Part shown: piece by piece, positions 16,739 to 25,855 of the stretch
How positions within the stretch are numbered: the first letter of the stretch is position 1
How the letters are laid out: the number at the start of each line of letters is the position of its first letter
Assembly (NCBI GenBank): GCA_963816145.1
Contig: CAWFJP010000008.1
Location: 1 to 64,000, forward strand
Length of the DNA stretch: 64,000 bases
From: an uncultured delta proteobacterium
GTDB taxonomy: Bacteria > Desulfobacterota > Binatia > UBA9968
Direction: 5' to 3'
Program-made: the position numbers and the translations under genes
The notes under the pieces: generated by a model
The model's database searches: none
Told to the model about the DNA's origin: nothing
What the model saw: the letters and a program-made list of their open reading frames with translations, nothing else

Positions 16739-17728
16739 GTGATGAAATCTATCCTCTACTGGTTAATGGCAACTGCCATTCTGATTTCTGCCCCCGCCGT
16801 CGAGGCGCAGCAGCCAACGAAGGTTCCCCGTATAGGTTTCATGGATAATAGCACTGCTTCTGGTAGCGCCGGCCTCTTGGAGGCGTTCCGGCAGGAGATG
16901 CGCAGGCTTGGCTGGAACGAGGGGAAAAACATAACCATCGAGTACCGGTTTACCGAGAACATAGGCGCTGCGCGCCTTCCTGAACTTGCGGCGGACCTGG
17001 TTCGTCTGAAGGTTGATCTGATCGTGGTCACGGGGACTGGGGCGGCGTCAGCGGCCAAGAACACCACTACTACCATCCCCATTGTGATGACGAGCCCTGC
17101 AGACCCCGTGGGCCAAGGTTTGGTTGCCAGCCTTGCGAGGCCGGGAGGCAACGTCACCGGGCTCTCGAGTTTAGGGACCGAGCTTCATAGCAAAAGGCTG
17201 GAGGTACTCAAGGATGCGGTCGCCAAGCTCGCCCGAGTTGGGGTTCTGCGGCTGCCGGGAGTCAGGGTACAAGAACTTCAATTGAAAGAGCTCAGGGCTA
17301 CGGCTCCGGCATTGAAGCTCAAGTTGGAGGAGATCGAGACGCAAAACGACCCCAAGGGTTTCGAGGGCGCCTTTCAAGTCGCAAAGCAGAAACAGGTGGG
17401 CGCGATTTTGACGATGGCCAATCGTGCTTTTTTCGGCGAAAGAAAGCGGATCGTTGAGCTTGCCGTCAAATACCGGTTGCCGGCTGTTTACCCACAGAAG
17501 GAGTATGTCGATGAGGGCGGTCTCATGTTTTACGGGGCGGACTACGCTGACCTCTATCGTCGCGCCGCTGTTTACGTGGACAAGATCTTGAAAGGCGCCA
17601 AGCCGGCTGATTTACCGGTACAGCAGGCGACCAAGTTTGAGTTTGTCGTCAACTTAAAAGCAGCGAAGCAGATCGGACTGACACTCTCGCCGGAATTTCT
17701 CTCGCGGGCGAATCGGGTGATCAAGTGA
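16739..17728 (+). CDS. ABC transporter substrate-binding protein (ABC_sub_bind type)
   Basis: Same family motifs; complete ORF with signal peptide. Confidence 0.92.
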   Translation: MMKSILYWLMATAILISAPAVEAQQPTKVPRIGFMDNSTASGSAGLLEAFRQEMRRLGWNEGKNITIEYRFTENIGAARLPELAADLVRLKVDLIVVTGTGAASAAKNTTTTIPIVMTSPADPVGQGLVASLARPGGNVTGLSSLGTELHSKRLEVLKDAVAKLARVGVLRLPGVRVQELQLKELRATAPALKLKLEEIETQNDPKGFEGAFQVAKQKQVGAILTMANRAFFGERKRIVELAVKYRLPAVYPQKEYVDEGGLMFYGADYADLYRRAAVYVDKILKGAKPADLPVQQATKFEFVVNLKAAKQIGLTLSPEFLSRANRVIK

Positions 17729-17792
17729 CAGCGGTCGAGTGTCGGGGCTCGGCTGTCTGCGCTGTGAGGGTGACGGCGGTTTTAATGAGGCG

Positions 17793-17996
17793 TTACAGAC
17801 GCGGAGATTTCTTGGGTTTTAGCTCTTTCACCCGTCTGCGCTGAGGTTTAACTCGAGCGCTTTGCTTTGCCGACGAGCGAATGACTATTTGCCCGGTCGA
17901 AACGATCACTTCCAGGCGCTTGGCCATGTGGCGGAAATATACCGTCGGAAGGAACAGCCCCTTAGAAGTAATTTTTATGCCGTTTTTCGTTTCCAT
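17793..17996 (-). CDS. Small basic protein, possibly AbrB-like
   Basis: KITSKGL.LP...LEVIV..GQIVIR pattern; overlaps the antitoxin 3' end. Confidence 0.4.
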   Translation of the reverse strand: METKNGIKITSKGLFLPTVYFRHMAKRLEVIVSTGQIVIRSSAKQSARVKPQRRRVKELKPKKSPRL

Positions 17997-18178
17997 GGGC
18001 GTATCGAAGTCGGGTTGGCCACTACAATCTTTTTTACGCGCCCTAATGCGCCGCGTTCAATCACCAGTGGAGTCGAGTCCTCTTGCAGATCGAGTTCGGT
18101 CAAATCATGGGTGGACCAAAATTCATCTTCCTGTTCCCAAGAGTTAAATTTAAGGATGACCCGCGAATTTTTTCCCAT
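17975..18178 (-). CDS. CopG/BrnA-type antitoxin, N-terminal part only
   Basis: KF.S.EQEDEFW.THDLTE; directly downstream of the BrnT-like gene. Confidence 0.7.
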   Translation of the reverse strand: MGKNSRVILKFNSWEQEDEFWSTHDLTELDLQEDSTPLVIERGALGRVKKIVVANPTSIRPWKRKTA

Positions 18179-18441
18179 AGCGCTTTCTCTCCTTGGCTGT
18201 CATGTCCATGGCCGTCACCAAAAAAATAGCGCCCATTTCCATGGAACTGCAATACGATTTTGAGGAGCCGGTCGCCGAGCGTCGCACCCATGACGACAAC
18301 TCTAACGGGGTCCTGCCTGTGCCGCAATCGGATCGCCCGACGATGCGTCAGCGCTTCCTCTATTTCGGACCGCGTGACTCGATGTTTTTCCCATACTTTC
18401 TCTTCAATGAAGGCTTTGACGATGAGTTTGCTGAGCCACAA
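18150..18441 (-). CDS. BrnT-like toxin with a +1 frameshift in a homopolymer
   Basis: EK...KH.VT..EIEEAL, G.T...RLL.IV; removing one base from A7 at 18220..18226 restores LVTAMDMTAKERKRY. Confidence 0.75.
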
Positions 18442-18449
18442 GTGGAAAT

Positions 18450-18785
18450 CTATTTTCTTTCTAAAATCTTCTCAAGCTGAACCTTGAGGCCTGGCAGCTT
18501 TTCATTTATTACGTCCCACAAGATATTCCAGTTTACGCCAAAGTACTGGTGGATTAGTTTATCTCTCATGCCTGCGATGTTTTTCCAATCAATCTCCTTA
18601 TGTTTTCGTCTGAAATCAGTGGCAACGTTTTTTACAGCTTCACCCATAATCTCAAAACTTCGCGCACAGGCGCGTTTTAGTACGGCATCTTCCATGAAGT
18701 CATCGAAAGTCAGCCTCCGGGTATGCTCCAATAAAAAAGTGATTTCATCTAGCACATGGCGGAGAAATACCTCATTCGACTTCAT
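18450..18785 (-). CDS. HepT/DUF86 HEPN ribonuclease toxin
   Basis: EI.GEA.K, W..IAGMRDKLIHQYFG (RX4HXY). Confidence 0.92.
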   Translation of the reverse strand: MKSNEVFLRHVLDEITFLLEHTRRLTFDDFMEDAVLKRACARSFEIMGEAVKNVATDFRRKHKEIDWKNIAGMRDKLIHQYFGVNWNILWDVINEKLPGLKVQLEKILERK

Positions 18786-19083
18786 GCCACCGGACCTGCT
18801 TCTCGACGTATGGTTTGATGTAGGGGCTGAGACTGCCGTCGGTAATTAGGTCGATTTTTTTTCCGAATAACCGTTCAAGATGAGAATTCAATCCCATAAA
18901 ATTATCAAATGTTGGCTCTTCAAAATCGACCAGAAAATCAATGTCACTTCTCGGCGTCTGCTTGCCCGTGGCATATGAGCCGAACAAGCCTATTCTCCTA
19001 ACCTTGTATTTCCGTAGTATTTCCTGACCGTCCTTTAGGGACCTTAAAATCTGTTGCCGTGTTAGATTGCCGTTTCTTTTCAT
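18772..19083 (-). CDS. MntA-type minimal nucleotidyltransferase antitoxin
   Basis: GLFGSYATGKQTPRSDIDFLV (GSX10DXD). Confidence 0.92.
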   Translation of the reverse strand: MKRNGNLTRQQILRSLKDGQEILRKYKVRRIGLFGSYATGKQTPRSDIDFLVDFEEPTFDNFMGLNSHLERLFGKKIDLITDGSLSPYIKPYVEKQVRWHEVE

Positions 19084-19279
19084 TTTCAGTCTTGTGTGAC
19101 ACTCAAAGTAACATAGGGTAAGGACATTATAAAGTTACCTTCGCAGCACGACAGCAAGCTTGGGTCTCCGGTTTCGAGTCTAGAGTTGACGCGAAACCCG
19201 AAACGCTCGAAGAATTGACACAGCAAAGGGCTCGGTACTCAAGGCGTTGGTTTACCCGCTGCAAGGTATTTGCCGCGCT

Positions 19280-19628
19280 GTTTAAGGAGAAGCAGGTGGG
19301 CGCGATTATGACGGCCGCCGGTAGCCCCTTTTTCAACGAAAGAAAGAGGATCGTCGAGCTTGCCGGCAAATACCGGCTGCCGGCTATTTACCGAACGATG
19401 GACTATGTCGATGAGGGCGGTCTCATGTTCTACGGGATCGACCCCACTGACAACTATCGGCGCGCGGCGGTTTACGTGGACAAGATTTTGAAAGGCGCCA
19501 AGCCCGCTGACCTGCCGGTGCAGCAGGCAACGAAGTTTGAGTTTGTCATCAACTTGAAAGCGGCGAAGCAGATCGGCCTTGCACTCTCGCCGGAATTTCT
19601 CTCGCGGGCGAATAAGGTCATTAAGTAG
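19280..19628 (+). pseudogene. 3' third of an ABC_sub_bind gene, close copy of 17380..17728
   Basis: KQVGAI...ERKRIVELA.KYRLPA...QQATKFEFV.NLKAAKQIGL.LSPEFLSRAN.VIK; no 5' part. Confidence 0.85.
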
Positions 19629-19836
19629 GCAATGGCCATTAGGCAATAGACGACAGCAAGAATTTTGGATTGCGGTTAAAGTGTTTCAAGAATTGCTGAA
19701 GTCATTTTTCGTTTTAAACGCCTCCCCGACTCCAACATGTAATCCCAAGCAAACTCGATCTCGATTAGACGATCATTGGAATCAATGATTCTCATCCGAA
19801 ACTGTTGCCTAATGCCTATCTGACCATTGCCTACCT

Positions 19837-20577
19837 TCACCCTTCCCGCGCCGTTTCGTCGACCAGCTTGCCGTTGTCATAGGCGAAGCATTTGCCGCTT
19901 TGCGTGATCGGCAGCTGCGCGCACAGCACAAACCCCGTGCCCAATACCGCTGGACCGGGCAAGCGCTGAATCGCTTCCGCGGGAGCGGTCTCGGTGGCGA
20001 TCGGCACGCGCGGAGAAAACGTCACTACACAGATGTTGGAATCGCGCACTTCCTCGGCGACGTAGCGTGAGAACGTGCGGATGCCGTCCTTGGTGACCAT
20101 GTAGGTGCAAGCGCCGCCGGGTTTGACGCCGCCGCCGCCGTAGAGATTGATGATATGGCCGGATTTGCGCTTGGCCATATGCGGAATCGCGTGCTTGGTG
20201 CCGAAAAATGTGCCGTAGAGATTGGTCTGCACCACGCGGTTCCAAAAATCCACCGGCATGTCGGCGATCAACGGCCAGCGCGGAATATTCCACGCGAAGT
20301 GCGGCACGATCGCCGCGTTGTTCATCATCACGTCGATCTGGCCGAAGCGGCCGATCACCTGGTCGATCAGTTGCTTGACGCTTTCCTCTTCGCGCACGTC
20401 GGCGTGAACCGCCATGGTTTCGGTCAGCGCACTGAGTTCCGCGGCAGTCTTTTTCGCCAACTCGGCATTGAAGTCGGCGATCACCACCTTTGCCTTCTCC
20501 TTGGCAAAAGTAATCGCCGCATGTTTGCCGATCCCCTGCCCGCTGCCGGTAATCACCACTACCTTATTTTCCATCAC
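19837..20577 (-). CDS. SDR family oxidoreductase
   Basis: TGSGQGIG, NNAA, YMVTK (YxxxK). Confidence 0.92.
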   Translation of the reverse strand: MMENKVVVITGSGQGIGKHAAITFAKEKAKVVIADFNAELAKKTAAELSALTETMAVHADVREEESVKQLIDQVIGRFGQIDVMMNNAAIVPHFAWNIPRWPLIADMPVDFWNRVVQTNLYGTFFGTKHAIPHMAKRKSGHIINLYGGGGVKPGGACTYMVTKDGIRTFSRYVAEEVRDSNICVVTFSPRVPIATETAPAEAIQRLPGPAVLGTGFVLCAQLPITQSGKCFAYDNGKLVDETAREG

Positions 20578-20667
20578 GATTTACCTCCGAAATGTTCTGG
20601 TTATATCAAGAGCGAATACCGCAATCGCGCCATCGATTCAAATCGAGTTCTTATGCCAACATCGTTT

Positions 20668-20757
20668 TCACCACGAAGGCACGAAGAGCACGAAGTTCAG
20701 AAAATCAATTATCAGAAACCTTTCCTTAACCTTCGGTCCTTCGTGCCTTCGTGGTGA
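20668..20757. repeat. Inverted repeat of 9-nt-period CACGAAG units
   Basis: TCACCACGAAGGCACGAAGAGCACGAAG ... CTTCGGTCCTTCGTGCCTTCGTGGTGA. Confidence 0.8.
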
Positions 20758-20791
20758 GTATTCCCTGGACTCAAGAGCAGACGCTCTGCGC

Positions 20792-21799
20792 TTAGCGTTG
20801 CCCGCCGTACAAGCGGTCGATAAAACCGCTGTCGTCCAGCTTGCGCACAAAGCGCGCGTCGACCAAATCGTCCAGCTTAAGCGCGGCGACCTTGGGATTC
20901 TGCTGGGCCATCAATCTTTGCGCGCTGCGCAGACCGTCGAGCGAGGGATACGGTTTACGGTTGAGTGTCAACAGATGATCTTGATAGCCCTCTTCGACTA
21001 CCGCGGGATCGCTGACGCGCAGATGTTTCATGAGAATTTTCACGACAACCGGCTTGTTCGCCGGCAACTGGACGAAGGCCAATCCTTCGGTCAAAGCCGT
21101 GACAACCTTTTCAAGCGTCGCCGGCTGCTGATCGAGATAACTACGCGTCACGCCAACACCGAGGCCGGGAAAGCTCGCGTTAGTTTTCGCCAAATCGACC
21201 AATTGCGAAAAACCCTTGCCGGTAAGACGCCGGCTCAGCGGCGGATCGAGCACCGCGGCGTCGATGCGGCCGGCTTCCAAGGAGTGGCCGATGGTCACGA
21301 GATCGCCAATGGGCAAGAAAGTAATATTGTCGCGCTTGGGCTCCAGCCCCAATTGCTCCAGCGCCAACATGGCATACATCCAGGTGCTGCCGACGATGCT
21401 TTGCACGCCGAAGCGTTTGCCGCGCAAATCGGCGGCGGTTTTGATTTGTGGGTTGGCGATCAGCTTCCAACTGACGCGGCTGGAAATCGAAGTCAGCATT
21501 TTCACATCGACCCCCTGGGCCGCCGCGCCGAGCACGGACACACCCGAGGTAAACGCCATCTGAATTTCCCCGGTCACCAAGCTCGCGACCAATGTCGAGC
21601 CGCCGCGAATGAGAATCAATTGAGCGTCGATGCCATTCTTGGCAAACAGCCCCTGCTCCTGCGCCGCCCACAGACTGAGCATGCTGCTGCTCGCCGAAGC
21701 GGCACCGATATTGATGCGCACCGGCGCCGCCGCCACGCACAGATCCGACGGCAAGTACAACACCAAAACCAATAGTGAAATAGATCGAATAATCCTCAC
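20792..21799 (-). CDS. ABC substrate-binding protein, NMT1/THI5/SsuA-like
   Basis: W.AQEQGLFAKNG.D, ADLRGKRFGV, D.RFV.KL..SGFI; GTG start after GGAGG. Confidence 0.88.
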   Translation of the reverse strand: MRIIRSISLLVLVLYLPSDLCVAAAPVRINIGAASASSSMLSLWAAQEQGLFAKNGIDAQLILIRGGSTLVASLVTGEIQMAFTSGVSVLGAAAQGVDVKMLTSISSRVSWKLIANPQIKTAADLRGKRFGVQSIVGSTWMYAMLALEQLGLEPKRDNITFLPIGDLVTIGHSLEAGRIDAAVLDPPLSRRLTGKGFSQLVDLAKTNASFPGLGVGVTRSYLDQQPATLEKVVTALTEGLAFVQLPANKPVVVKILMKHLRVSDPAVVEEGYQDHLLTLNRKPYPSLDGLRSAQRLMAQQNPKVAALKLDDLVDARFVRKLDDSGFIDRLYGGQR

Positions 21800-21899
21800 G
21801 GCACAGCATCCTCCAGACTGAGTGGTCGCATCATATTGGACACACGGCGGCAATTCCAAGACGGTTCCAATCGAGTGATGCGGCTAGGAAGGGGAATTC

Positions 21900-22040
21900 T
21901 CTCACGCAAAGGCGCAAAGACGCAAAGGTGACGGGCCGGCGCCCGTCATCCCGAACGAAAGTGAGGGATCTAAGAAAGATTTCTCTCTGCGGTCGAAATG
22001 ACAACATCCTACCCTTTGCGGCCTTAGCGCCTTTGCGGAA
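21900..22040. repeat. CGCAAAG 9-mer inverted repeat enclosing a GTCAT REP pair
   Basis: Nearly the same composite as ~13715..13850. Confidence 0.75.
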
Positions 22041-22140
22041 CACATTCCGACTGGCGCGACGTATCGCCTGACAGATTGACCTTACCACCGCGGAAGCGTA
22101 AGTCTGCGCTATCCGGAATCACTGAAGGGAGCCCTGGCCT

Positions 22141-23133
22141 ATGCGAGTCCAGAGAATCGCCGTTCTTTGTTTCCTCATGGTCGTCTGGCCATTTCACCGC
22201 GCTAGCGCCGCCGACAAGCTCGTCGGCATTCATTCCGCGCTGGCGATCTCGCAATCCTTGCCCTGGATCGCTCGCGAATCGGGCATCTTTCGCAAGCACA
22301 ATCTCGACTTCGATTTGGTTCTGATGCGCTCCGCAAGCACCGCAGCGGCGGCCATGATCGGCGGTGAAACCGATGTCGGATTGATCGGCGGCATCGGCAT
22401 CCTGAGCGCCTATGTTCAAGGCGCGCAAGATTTTGTCATCGTCGGCGCTGTAAAGAATATTCTGACTCATAGCATCGTCGCCAAACCGGAGCTCAAACGG
22501 CCGGAGGATCTCAAAGGCAAAAGCATCGGCGTCAACCGTCTCGGCAGCAACAACCATTATTTTGCCATTCAAGTTCTACAGCGTATCGGCTTGGATCCGG
22601 CGAAGGATGTGAGCTTCCGGCAGACCGGCGGCGACGCCGCCGATCTGATCGCACTATTGAACGGCTCGGTGGACGCCTCGGCGATGCTGACCTACGGGCA
22701 AAACGCCGTCGCCCAGGGGTTTCACTATTTGATCTACGGTCCCGATCTGCGCATCCCTTATGCCGCCGCGGCTTTCGTCTCCCGGCGCTCGGTGATCGCG
22801 CGCAAACCGCAGGTGATCGGCCAATTCATGCGTTCGATGGCCGAGGCATCAAAAATATTTCACACCGACAAGGAAACCACATTTAAAATTCTCGCTAAAT
22901 ATTTGCGCGTCACCGACCGGAAGATTCTCGAAATCTCCTACAACAACGAAGTCAAAGCGATGGAGCCGAGATTCGACGCGCGCCCGGAAGCGCTGCAAGC
23001 CATCCTCGACGAGCTCGCCGTCAACGACCCGCGCGCGAAAAAAGTCCAGCCGGCGCAACTGATCGACCGCCGCTATCTCGACGAGATGGAGAAAAGCGGT
23101 TTCTTCGACAACCTGTGGGGCGGCAAACGGTGA
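22141..23133 (+). CDS. ABC substrate-binding protein, NMT1/THI5/SsuA-like
   Basis: PWIARE.G.F.KH.LD, EDLKGKSIGV, IDRRYLDEMEKSGFF. Confidence 0.88.
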   Translation: MRVQRIAVLCFLMVVWPFHRASAADKLVGIHSALAISQSLPWIARESGIFRKHNLDFDLVLMRSASTAAAAMIGGETDVGLIGGIGILSAYVQGAQDFVIVGAVKNILTHSIVAKPELKRPEDLKGKSIGVNRLGSNNHYFAIQVLQRIGLDPAKDVSFRQTGGDAADLIALLNGSVDASAMLTYGQNAVAQGFHYLIYGPDLRIPYAAAAFVSRRSVIARKPQVIGQFMRSMAEASKIFHTDKETTFKILAKYLRVTDRKILEISYNNEVKAMEPRFDARPEALQAILDELAVNDPRAKKVQPAQLIDRRYLDEMEKSGFFDNLWGGKR

Positions 23134-23160
23134 AGCAAGCTTTGCGCGACCGATGACGCC

Positions 23161-23250
23161 CGAGATTCCTCAGTCGCTACGCTTCTTCGGAATGACAGAG
23201 TTGCACCGCGTGCTACAAAGTCTGTCATTTCGACCGCAGGGAGAAATCTC
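23161..23250. repeat. GTCAT-type REP pair between convergent genes
   Basis: AGATTCCTC...CGGAATGACAGA and TCTGTCATTTCGACCGCAGGGAGAAATCT. Confidence 0.7.
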
Positions 23251-23263
23251 TCTTCCCTGAAAA

Positions 23264-24295
23264 CTACTCTCCCATCACCTTCTTCATCGCAGCGATAACT
23301 TCGGCGGGTTGGTTCAACACTTCCTTGGCGAGCGCTTCAATCTCGTCGCCGTGAATCAGCTCAGGCTCGAGACCCTGCTTTTTGGCATCGGCAATGAGCT
23401 CAGGGCTGGTGAGCGCTTTGGCGTAACCAGCGCGCAAAATCTTGGTTAGCTCCGGCGGAGTTCCCGGAGAAGCGAACATCGGCGCGGCGCCGAATTCTCC
23501 CGATCCCATCATCACGGTCACCAGTCGCCGATGCAGATCCGAGACCTTGTATTGATCCATTAACTCACTCAACAGCGGTGTTTCCGGCAAGCGCGGGTCG
23601 CGCTTTTTACCACCTTGAATCAGAACCCGCACCAGATTCTTGCTGCGCCAGGTGTTAAACGGCTCGCGGCCGAAGAACACTTGCACGGTAAACGCGCGGC
23701 ACTGCACTTCGCCGCGCTCCACCGCCAATTCGATACTCGCGCCGCCTTCATAACCTGTGACGATTTGAAACTTCGCGCCGATGGTTTCTTCGAGCAATCT
23801 CGGTAGATAGTAGCCGGTGTTGCCCGTGCCGGTCGCGCCGCACTTCGGCGGCACGGTCGCGGTGCGCACGTCTTGGATGGTTTTGTAGGGTGTGTTCGCC
23901 CACATATACAACAAGGGGTTAGTCGGCGTCGTGCTGCCGACCCAGGTGAATTTCGCCCAGTCGTATTGAGCTTCTTTCTTTTTGAGCAGCTGTTCGAAGT
24001 AAAGCGCCGCGTTGTTGACGCCGAGAGTCAAACCGTCCGGTTTCGCCACGCTGTAAATGTAGTTGGTGGCGGTCATCGCGCCGGCGCCGGGCATGTTTTG
24101 AACGACGGTGGCCGGGTTGCCGGGAATATGTTTCGTCAGTTGCGGCGCGATCAAGCGCGCCCACAGGTCATGGGCGCTGCCGGCCGGATAGCCGACGACG
24201 ACGCGAATTGTCTTGCCCTGAAAGTACGGCGTCTGCGCCGAGGCCTCGATCGACCATAGGAAAATGGATCCCAGCAACATTCCGATCTTTTTCAT
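23264..24295 (-). CDS. TctC/Bug tripartite tricarboxylate transporter substrate-binding protein
   Basis: GKTIRVVVGYPAG, HIPGNP..VVQNMPGAG, AKPDGLTL, ERGEV. Confidence 0.9.
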   Translation of the reverse strand: MKKIGMLLGSIFLWSIEASAQTPYFQGKTIRVVVGYPAGSAHDLWARLIAPQLTKHIPGNPATVVQNMPGAGAMTATNYIYSVAKPDGLTLGVNNAALYFEQLLKKKEAQYDWAKFTWVGSTTPTNPLLYMWANTPYKTIQDVRTATVPPKCGATGTGNTGYYLPRLLEETIGAKFQIVTGYEGGASIELAVERGEVQCRAFTVQVFFGREPFNTWRSKNLVRVLIQGGKKRDPRLPETPLLSELMDQYKVSDLHRRLVTVMMGSGEFGAAPMFASPGTPPELTKILRAGYAKALTSPELIADAKKQGLEPELIHGDEIEALAKEVLNQPAEVIAAMKKVMGE

Positions 24296-24461
24296 TTCGC
24301 CTCCAAATTGCATTTGTAAGCGCCGATCTCGTCGAAGCGACCAACAAGGATTGCACCATAAAGCAGATCGAAATCGAACGTCAAGGACGATCGATGGCAG
24401 ATCTCGCGCCGATGCCGATCGCCGGCGCAGGCAAGAAAGTGAACCCTGTGGCAGTCCTTTC

Positions 24462-24491
24462 TTGACAAGCGGCGCGCACACGTCGTTTAAT
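24462..24491 (+). promoter_or_regulatory. Candidate sigma-70 promoter
   Basis: TTGACA-N18-TTTAAT in the divergent gap ahead of the long + strand gene run. Confidence 0.4.
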
Positions 24492-24574
24492 CATGAGCCG
24501 CAAGAACGCTCGCGCGGCACAGACACGGCGTGCTCGTGCACGAGATCAAAACCAACGCGGCGAGGTGAGACTAA

Positions 24575-25645
24575 ATGCTTGAGACATGTTTATTCGAGTT
24601 GCGCGCGCTCACGCGTGTAGCGGCGTTGATCTCGGTGCTGCTCTGCGGCGCATTGACGGCTCCCAGTCAGGCCCAGACGCAGCCTTACTACCAAGGCAAG
24701 ACGATTCGGATCATCGTTGGCTTCACTGCCGGCGGACTGTCCGATCAATGGGCGCGCATGTTCGCCCGCACCATGCCGAAGTATATTCCGGGGCGACCGG
24801 AGATCATCGTGCAAAACATGCCCGGCGCCAGTTCGGTGGTGGCGGCCAACTATGTTTACAGCGTCGCCAAACCGGACGGCCTCACTCTGGGCATTCCGAA
24901 CAGCAGCCTCTATCTGACGCAACTGGTCGGACGCACCGAAGTCAAGTTCGACGTGCGCAAATTCGAATGGATCGGCAGCCAAGAAAAGTGGACGCAAATG
25001 ATTTATTTTCGCGCCGACTCCCCCTTCAAAACCATCGGCGATATCATCAAGGCGAAGGAGCCGCCCAAGTGCGGCGCCTCGGGCTTTGCCAGTTCCGGCT
25101 ATATTCTTCCCAAGGTTCTGGAAGAAACCGTCGGCGCCAAATTCACCGTCATCGTCGGTTACGCCGGCGGCAAGGAAATCGATCTCGCCGTGGAAAAGGG
25201 CGAGGTCGCCTGCCGCGGTCATGACATCGCCTCGCACTTCGGCCGCGAACCGTTCAACACCTGGCACGCCAAGCGTTACGACCGCCACCTGGTGCAGGAC
25301 GCGCGCGCACGCGATCCGAGACTGCCCGAGACGCCGACGATTTGGGAGCTCATGAACGACTACAAGACCCCGCAGGTGAGCCGGAGTGTCGCCGAAACGG
25401 TTCTCACGGCCAATGATTTTGGCCGGGCGACGATCGCCCCGCCGGGCACGCGCGCAGAACTCGTCAAGATCCTGCGCGCCGCTTATGCGCAAGCGCTCAA
25501 GGATCCCGAGCTGCTCGCCGAGGTAAAAAAGAGCAACTTGGATGTCGACTACACGGCGGGCGAACAGTTGCAAAAGCTGGCGCACGAAGTTATGGATCAG
25601 AGCGCCGAGGTCATCGAGAGAGTAAAAAAACTCCTCGCCGAGTAA
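24575..25645 (+). CDS. TctC/Bug substrate-binding protein
   Basis: YQGKTIRIIVG..AGG..D, QNMPGA, AKPDGLTL. Confidence 0.9.
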   Translation: MLETCLFELRALTRVAALISVLLCGALTAPSQAQTQPYYQGKTIRIIVGFTAGGLSDQWARMFARTMPKYIPGRPEIIVQNMPGASSVVAANYVYSVAKPDGLTLGIPNSSLYLTQLVGRTEVKFDVRKFEWIGSQEKWTQMIYFRADSPFKTIGDIIKAKEPPKCGASGFASSGYILPKVLEETVGAKFTVIVGYAGGKEIDLAVEKGEVACRGHDIASHFGREPFNTWHAKRYDRHLVQDARARDPRLPETPTIWELMNDYKTPQVSRSVAETVLTANDFGRATIAPPGTRAELVKILRAAYAQALKDPELLAEVKKSNLDVDYTAGEQLQKLAHEVMDQSAEVIERVKKLLAE

Positions 25646-25855
25646 GCGCGCGAAAGCAAAATACGAATTAGTTAGGTTTGGCCGGAGCTCTCTCGCGCTT
25701 GCGTATAACAGCGCCCCTGAATTTGTCATTTCGAGCGAAGCGAGAAATCTTTCTTAAGTCGGTGCAACCAGACTGAAACCCAACTGAAGCATCACGAAAA
25801 TTACCGGTTGATTACCTTCCGGCTAGATCATAAATAGGACCAGGAGGATTTACCT

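Noticed and set aside
20414-21775. 453-aa + strand ORF and similar long antisense ORFs (24590..25729, 46553..47881, 55295..56284, 59170..60210)
   Set aside because: They are shadows of well-supported genes on the opposite strand in GC-rich DNA.
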